A stretch of DNA of 64,000 bases from the NCBI GenBank assembly GCA_040954595.2, contig CM082585.2, positions 8,815,649 through 8,879,648 of the forward strand. Reading direction: 5' to 3'. The stretch comes from Balanoglossus misakiensis (Eukaryota > Animalia > Hemichordata). The translations under genes were made by a program, and so were the position numbers. Each line of letters begins with the position of its first letter. Positions within the stretch are counted from its first letter, which is position 1. Shown one piece after another: positions 56,501 to 64,000 of this stretch. A model generated the notes under the pieces. The model saw nothing but the letters and a program-made list of their open reading frames with translations. It did not search any database and was not told the DNA's origin.

Positions 56501-59358
56501 ACAAACATCTACAGATTGCCTACCTATTTTAAATGACCAAGTGTCTTTTAAATGACCCAGTGGTATTTCTGAGTTTTAAAAAATATTATCTATGCCTTAT
56601 AAAGCGCAATTAAGATAATACGGTTTCTGCTCGATCTACAGGTTTACAGTTGACCTTGTTCACGGAACAAGAAGAATACACAAGCGTCCATGGACGGGAC
56701 TCTGGTGTCCGAGTGATCATTGTGCCCTCCGAGATGACGCCGCTGCCCCAAACGGATGGTTTCACGATCACCCCTGGATCTATCACCTCAATAGCTGTCA
56801 AAGAAGTTAGTAATAGTAAACCCTTTCACCACTTTGGTTTGGTCCATATCCACTGTTTTCTATGGCAGAGGTGGACCTCTGTAGAGGGAACTGGGAAACT
56901 TAACCATTTTATCATAGAGAATTTCAATAAAGCCAATCGCAGATTTTCAGTGGGTGGCTCACGTGGTCACCCACCCGAGTGAAAACTTGCTATTGGCTCG
57001 ATCTCAACGTTTCTTTGTAACTGTGGTGAATTTACATATAGATGACCGTAAACACGTCTCTCTTGATGGCTAATCTTCTGATATTCTTACACAAAGTCTC
57101 AGCTTAAAAGGATGTACTACCCTTGGGGAAACTGCACATATGGCGAAACGGAAGACATTTTTAAGATTGATGGTTTTCAAAATGAATATTCAATACAGGT
57201 AAGCCTATGGCCGGCTTGGCTTGACCATATCGATAGAGATGGTCATTTCCTTCCCATTCATTTCACTTTATATGTCTATCGTGATTTGCTGGTTGTATAT
57301 CTCTCCCATCTTGCCTTCCTCCATTTATCTGTATAGACCCCTTTGTCGTCTGTTTTCATCTAGAGTCCGGGGAATGGCATCACAGAATGTTGATCACTTC
57401 GGACATAGGATTTTATAAGTGTAATAATGACCTGCTTATATATCTGTACACAGGCATGTGAAATCGCGTGCGTGTTGAACGCCGTTGAGAGGTACTGCAG
57501 GTGCACGGATTCCATTCACAGAAACGGCAGAGTGTGCAGACTAATGGACGAAGAAGAGGGTAAGCCATGTATTGTACACAGATAAAAATGGCGGCTGGTA
57601 GATCTATAGGAACGATGGTCAGAGCAGCTCATCAATTTTTTTTTTCAATGTACCCATTTAATTCTCCAACAGATCGCTGTAAGAACCTTATACATTACTT
57701 CGCAAGATATAACATGTTGCAATGTGACTGTAGGCAGCCGTGTAGGTGAGTTTTGCCTTCCAGATCGTCATGTGAAAGGCCATGTCATGTTATCGTTCAT
57801 TTTGAAAAGTAAATAATTCATGTGAAAATTTTCGATAATGGATGGCTTGATGAATTGTTCACCGGACTGAACACTAATTAACCAAATGTTAATCTTGTAA
57901 TTATCCTTCTCCGTGTCGCGTGAGTAATACATGTATTAGAAGTAAGCGCTGTCGGTGAAATTACTCTCCAATTGGGAGTGGTAACGTTATGATTGTAATG
58001 ACAATTATCAAAACAGTCGGCCTCTCTTTTTTTTTTCATTTTTCAAGGGAAAGGCAATTTTCCTTGACGATGTCGCAATCGCAGTGGCCGTCTGACTGTT
58101 ATCTAGTAAGTGTCACTTTTCGGAAGAAATTAAAAGTTGCGGCAAATCGTTTTGGATTATTTGATTCATGACTTGATTCGCGGGAAGAGACGCCGCCGGC
58201 CTTAATGGAAACGCGACAGCCCGCTTTGTGTGAAATTAAATTATACCTTTCACAGGTCTTAATGTGGACAACATATCTTCTTCGCTTTCATTTTCATCCA
58301 TGTGTGTCAAGCGACACTTCCATTTTCCTGTTGACGTGTTAGACGGAAAACATAATTAAGTATACATTTATCGTAAATGCTCGCCCATTAAGTGAAGTAA
58401 ATTATTTTTTCAGTCATATTTGATTACACCCAGCCATGATGTCGTTAATGTAATTCGACAATAATGTTATTGTGAATGAAGGAGACGGTGCCTTTTCATG
58501 GCAATAATCCAGACGGCTGCGTCTAATAACGTGTCAGAGGCTTATATGGCACCGTAATATATGTTCTAATTTTCGACGTGTGTCTGTGTATAAAAGCGGC
58601 GTTTGCTTTTTTAAGCTTTATAACTCATCAAATGTCAAAGTCAGATAAGTTATACCTTACTTTGTCCGAGAACAAGCGACCAATTTATTGAAAATAATTC
58701 TGTCGTTTCCATAGGAACACCTGCTACGAAGTATGCACAACAAAAATGATAAGACAAGAAATGTGAACGATGCCGTGTCTGCGAGGTGAGACGTTTGCAG
58801 ATTGATATATCTGTCTGGGTGTGTCGGTTCAAAAACAGATCAGTCCGCCTAACGAACCATCCATCCAACCAACCGACCGACCGACCATCCATCCATCCAT
58901 CCATCCTTCCATATGCATCTATGCGTTCCGTTTATTTAGTAAATTCTGACATCCTATATCACGGTCACTCGACACATATTAGTACATTTATTTTTCCCTT
59001 TTTCCCAGATCAAATTTTGTTCGATTGGAAGTATACCTAGAACGACTGAGCTACGAAGTAACATCCGAATACAAGGCTTATTCAGTAAGTGCAATCAGTG
59101 TCTATTAAATTCAAAATGGATCAATTACCCTACTCGAACATTCAGCTGTTTCGATGAAATCGTTGAAAGGTGACGATATTTCCCCCCGTTTTCTTTCAGT
59201 GGGAAGACTTGCTGAGCGACATCGGCGGCACACTCGGTCTCTACATCGGCCTGTCCGTCATCACGGTGTGCGAATTCATCAAGTTCTTCGTCGACCTGTG
59301 TCGCCACTGGTCCGGTACGAGCAATCCGAGCGAAGGGGTGACGGTCATCCAAACTTGA
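47798..59358 (+). CDS. DEG/ENaC channel subunit with LDLa x3, F-type lectin x3, PAN/Apple and LDLa modules inserted in the ectodomain
   Basis: Channel motifs [12 protein letters not shown]1, [48 protein letters not shown], thumb cysteines, SQWPS, LEVYL and TM2 [22 protein letters not shown]; stop 59356-59358. Eleven module exons between 50212 and 55078 splice in frame. First exon 47798-47898 is in frame (alternative start 48474). Confidence 0.93.
51486..51703. repeat. Tandem ~95-bp palindromic units forming two hairpins
   Basis: CACAAAGGAAGTACA (51512-51526) / TGTACTTCCTTTGTG (51581-51595) is a perfect inverted pair. Second hairpin 51605-51703 has arms GTCGCGAAGGAAG..GGTGACAGTGT / ACACTGTCACC..CTTCCTTTGTGAC. 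Confidence 0.85.
53519..53560. repeat. (TTTC)n microsatellite
   Basis: tttctttctttctttctttc... Confidence 0.9.
54745..54784. repeat. (AG)n microsatellite
   Basis: gagagagagcaagagagagagagagagagagagac. Confidence 0.9.
56817..56903 (+). mobile_element. piggyBac-like MITE, copy 3
   Basis: TAAA|CCCTTTCACCACTTTGGTTTGGTCC...TGTTTTCTATGG...GGACCTCTGTAGAGGGAACTGGG...TTAA, homologous to 2770-2862. Confidence 0.62.
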
Positions 59359-59763
59359 GTATAGAATCAAGGTGGAACTGACAGGCTAACGTCGAAAGGA
59401 AAGTGGTTGACTGCGGTATTACAATGAAGACTCAACATAATTTGATACAGACTATAATTTCTTCACGTGGTTTGTAAATGTGTTAAGTCAATGCTGATGT
59501 ATAGATGTAGAAGAGTATAAAGGTGCGTGTCTCGTCGTGTAAACGCCATGCATAGATATACAATTGTCCGTTCTTTTTGACGTTGAGGGCGTACTATCAA
59601 CACGTGGCTAAAAGCGCTGGTAGAAATACGTACATGTATATACATTTAAATTTGCAGCATAGTTTAATAATTCACGTCAGTTAATATTTTTAGTATTTGA
59701 ATTTTTTCTATGTGCTTCGTCTTTTAAAAAGCAAGTAGAATCAATCACTAGGTGGTCTTAGTT

Positions 59764-59880
59764 ATCAATCAATCAATCAATCAGTAAGTCAGTCAGTTAG
59801 TCAGTCAATCAACCAACCAATCAATCAACCAACCAACCAACCAACCAACCAACAAACAAACAAATCAACCAACAACAAAA
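59764..59880. repeat. Compound (AATC)/(AGTC)/(AACC)/(AAAC) microsatellite
   Basis: atcaatcaatcaatc...agtcagtc...aaccaaccaacc...aacaaacaaac. Confidence 0.92.
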
Positions 59881-60729
59881 AAACTCTGTTGCAGCATGGA
59901 CGGTTGCAGTAACCAAGCTTTAGTAGTTTGGAGTCCAAGCAATATTTTGAGTGTATTGTCCACTTTCTCCACGACACAGCTGTACTTTGCTAAATTGCAA
60001 TAAGCAATTAAAAGTTTTACATTTTTACAAAAATCTCTCGTTCGATTTTCTATATATAATTTGGCAAGTGACTAGTTGGGTTTTACCCCTCTCCAAAAGC
60101 ACTGGGCGATTCCACCAATCCACCACTCTCGTTAGTTGCTATAAAGTTAGGGTTACACGTCACCCCCGCCTTTTTTCTCTTTCTGAAGAAAAGATCAACC
60201 TTGTTTTCAAACTTTCCCCCAGCCAAACTAGTCAACGACGTCACATGGGCAAATTTCCCATGCCCTCCGATTGCCCAACATTGCCACAATGATCAGCCTG
60301 ATTTCGTCATTATGAGCTAATCCCTTCTTCTCTCTGCGCATGCACTTCTTCCAACCGTTATATCGCCCTCTCGCGTGCTGTCTGTGACCCGGTCGTTCAT
60401 TCTGATATAGGGGTGTACGGGTATCGAGCTTGAGCTCCCCGAAGAGTTACTGTGAAGAAGTGAAAGAAGTTGGATGAAATATTCCACAATATATATTTGA
60501 GTAGATAGATCATATCATATTTTACTTGTATCCTCCTTCAGAAAACCTGATACTATAGTATTGTCCATTGCCACACCCCTAAAAGGCAATCGGAAGTTGC
60601 CGGAAATGACGTTAAAGAGCACCCACAAATAGCAGAGCAGCTCTGCCAGCTTTTGTTGTAATTTTTTCTTTCTTTCACCACAGTCGAATCTCCAAGTATA
60701 CACTACTTTTTCCTCAATATTTTATAGTT

Positions 60730-63950
<3,221 letters not shown>

Positions 63951-64000
63951 TAATTATCCATACATGTACACCATTCTTTAGATTGGAAATTAAAAACTCT

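Overview
Eukaryotic (animal) genomic DNA, intron-rich and AT-rich with GC-richer exons and frequent TACATGTA. It is most likely a marine invertebrate deuterostome such as a hemichordate (inference from gene content, not proven). Genes in order: 5' part of ERCC5/XPG (-, U12-type first intron), head-to-head with dyskerin DKC1 (+), whose introns hold three paralogous box C/D snoRNAs; a divergent NRF-6/acyltransferase-3 gene; a single-exon type III membrane protein full of tyrosine motifs; an intronless P-loop sulfotransferase-like gene; a 2.4-kb non-autonomous DNA transposon (perfect 32-bp TIRs, 7-bp TSD, convergent THAP and SAP stubs); MMGT1/EMC5 (4 small exons, missed by the ORF track); two PTB-domain adaptor genes; a DEG/ENaC channel; and the 5' part of DDX3/PL10. 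The standout is the channel, whose finger region carries a ~700-aa insert of 3 LDLa + 3 F-type lectin + PAN + LDLa modules, all on phase-1 exons, suggesting a possible glycan-sensing ion channel. Exon boundaries were read by eye and no database search was run.
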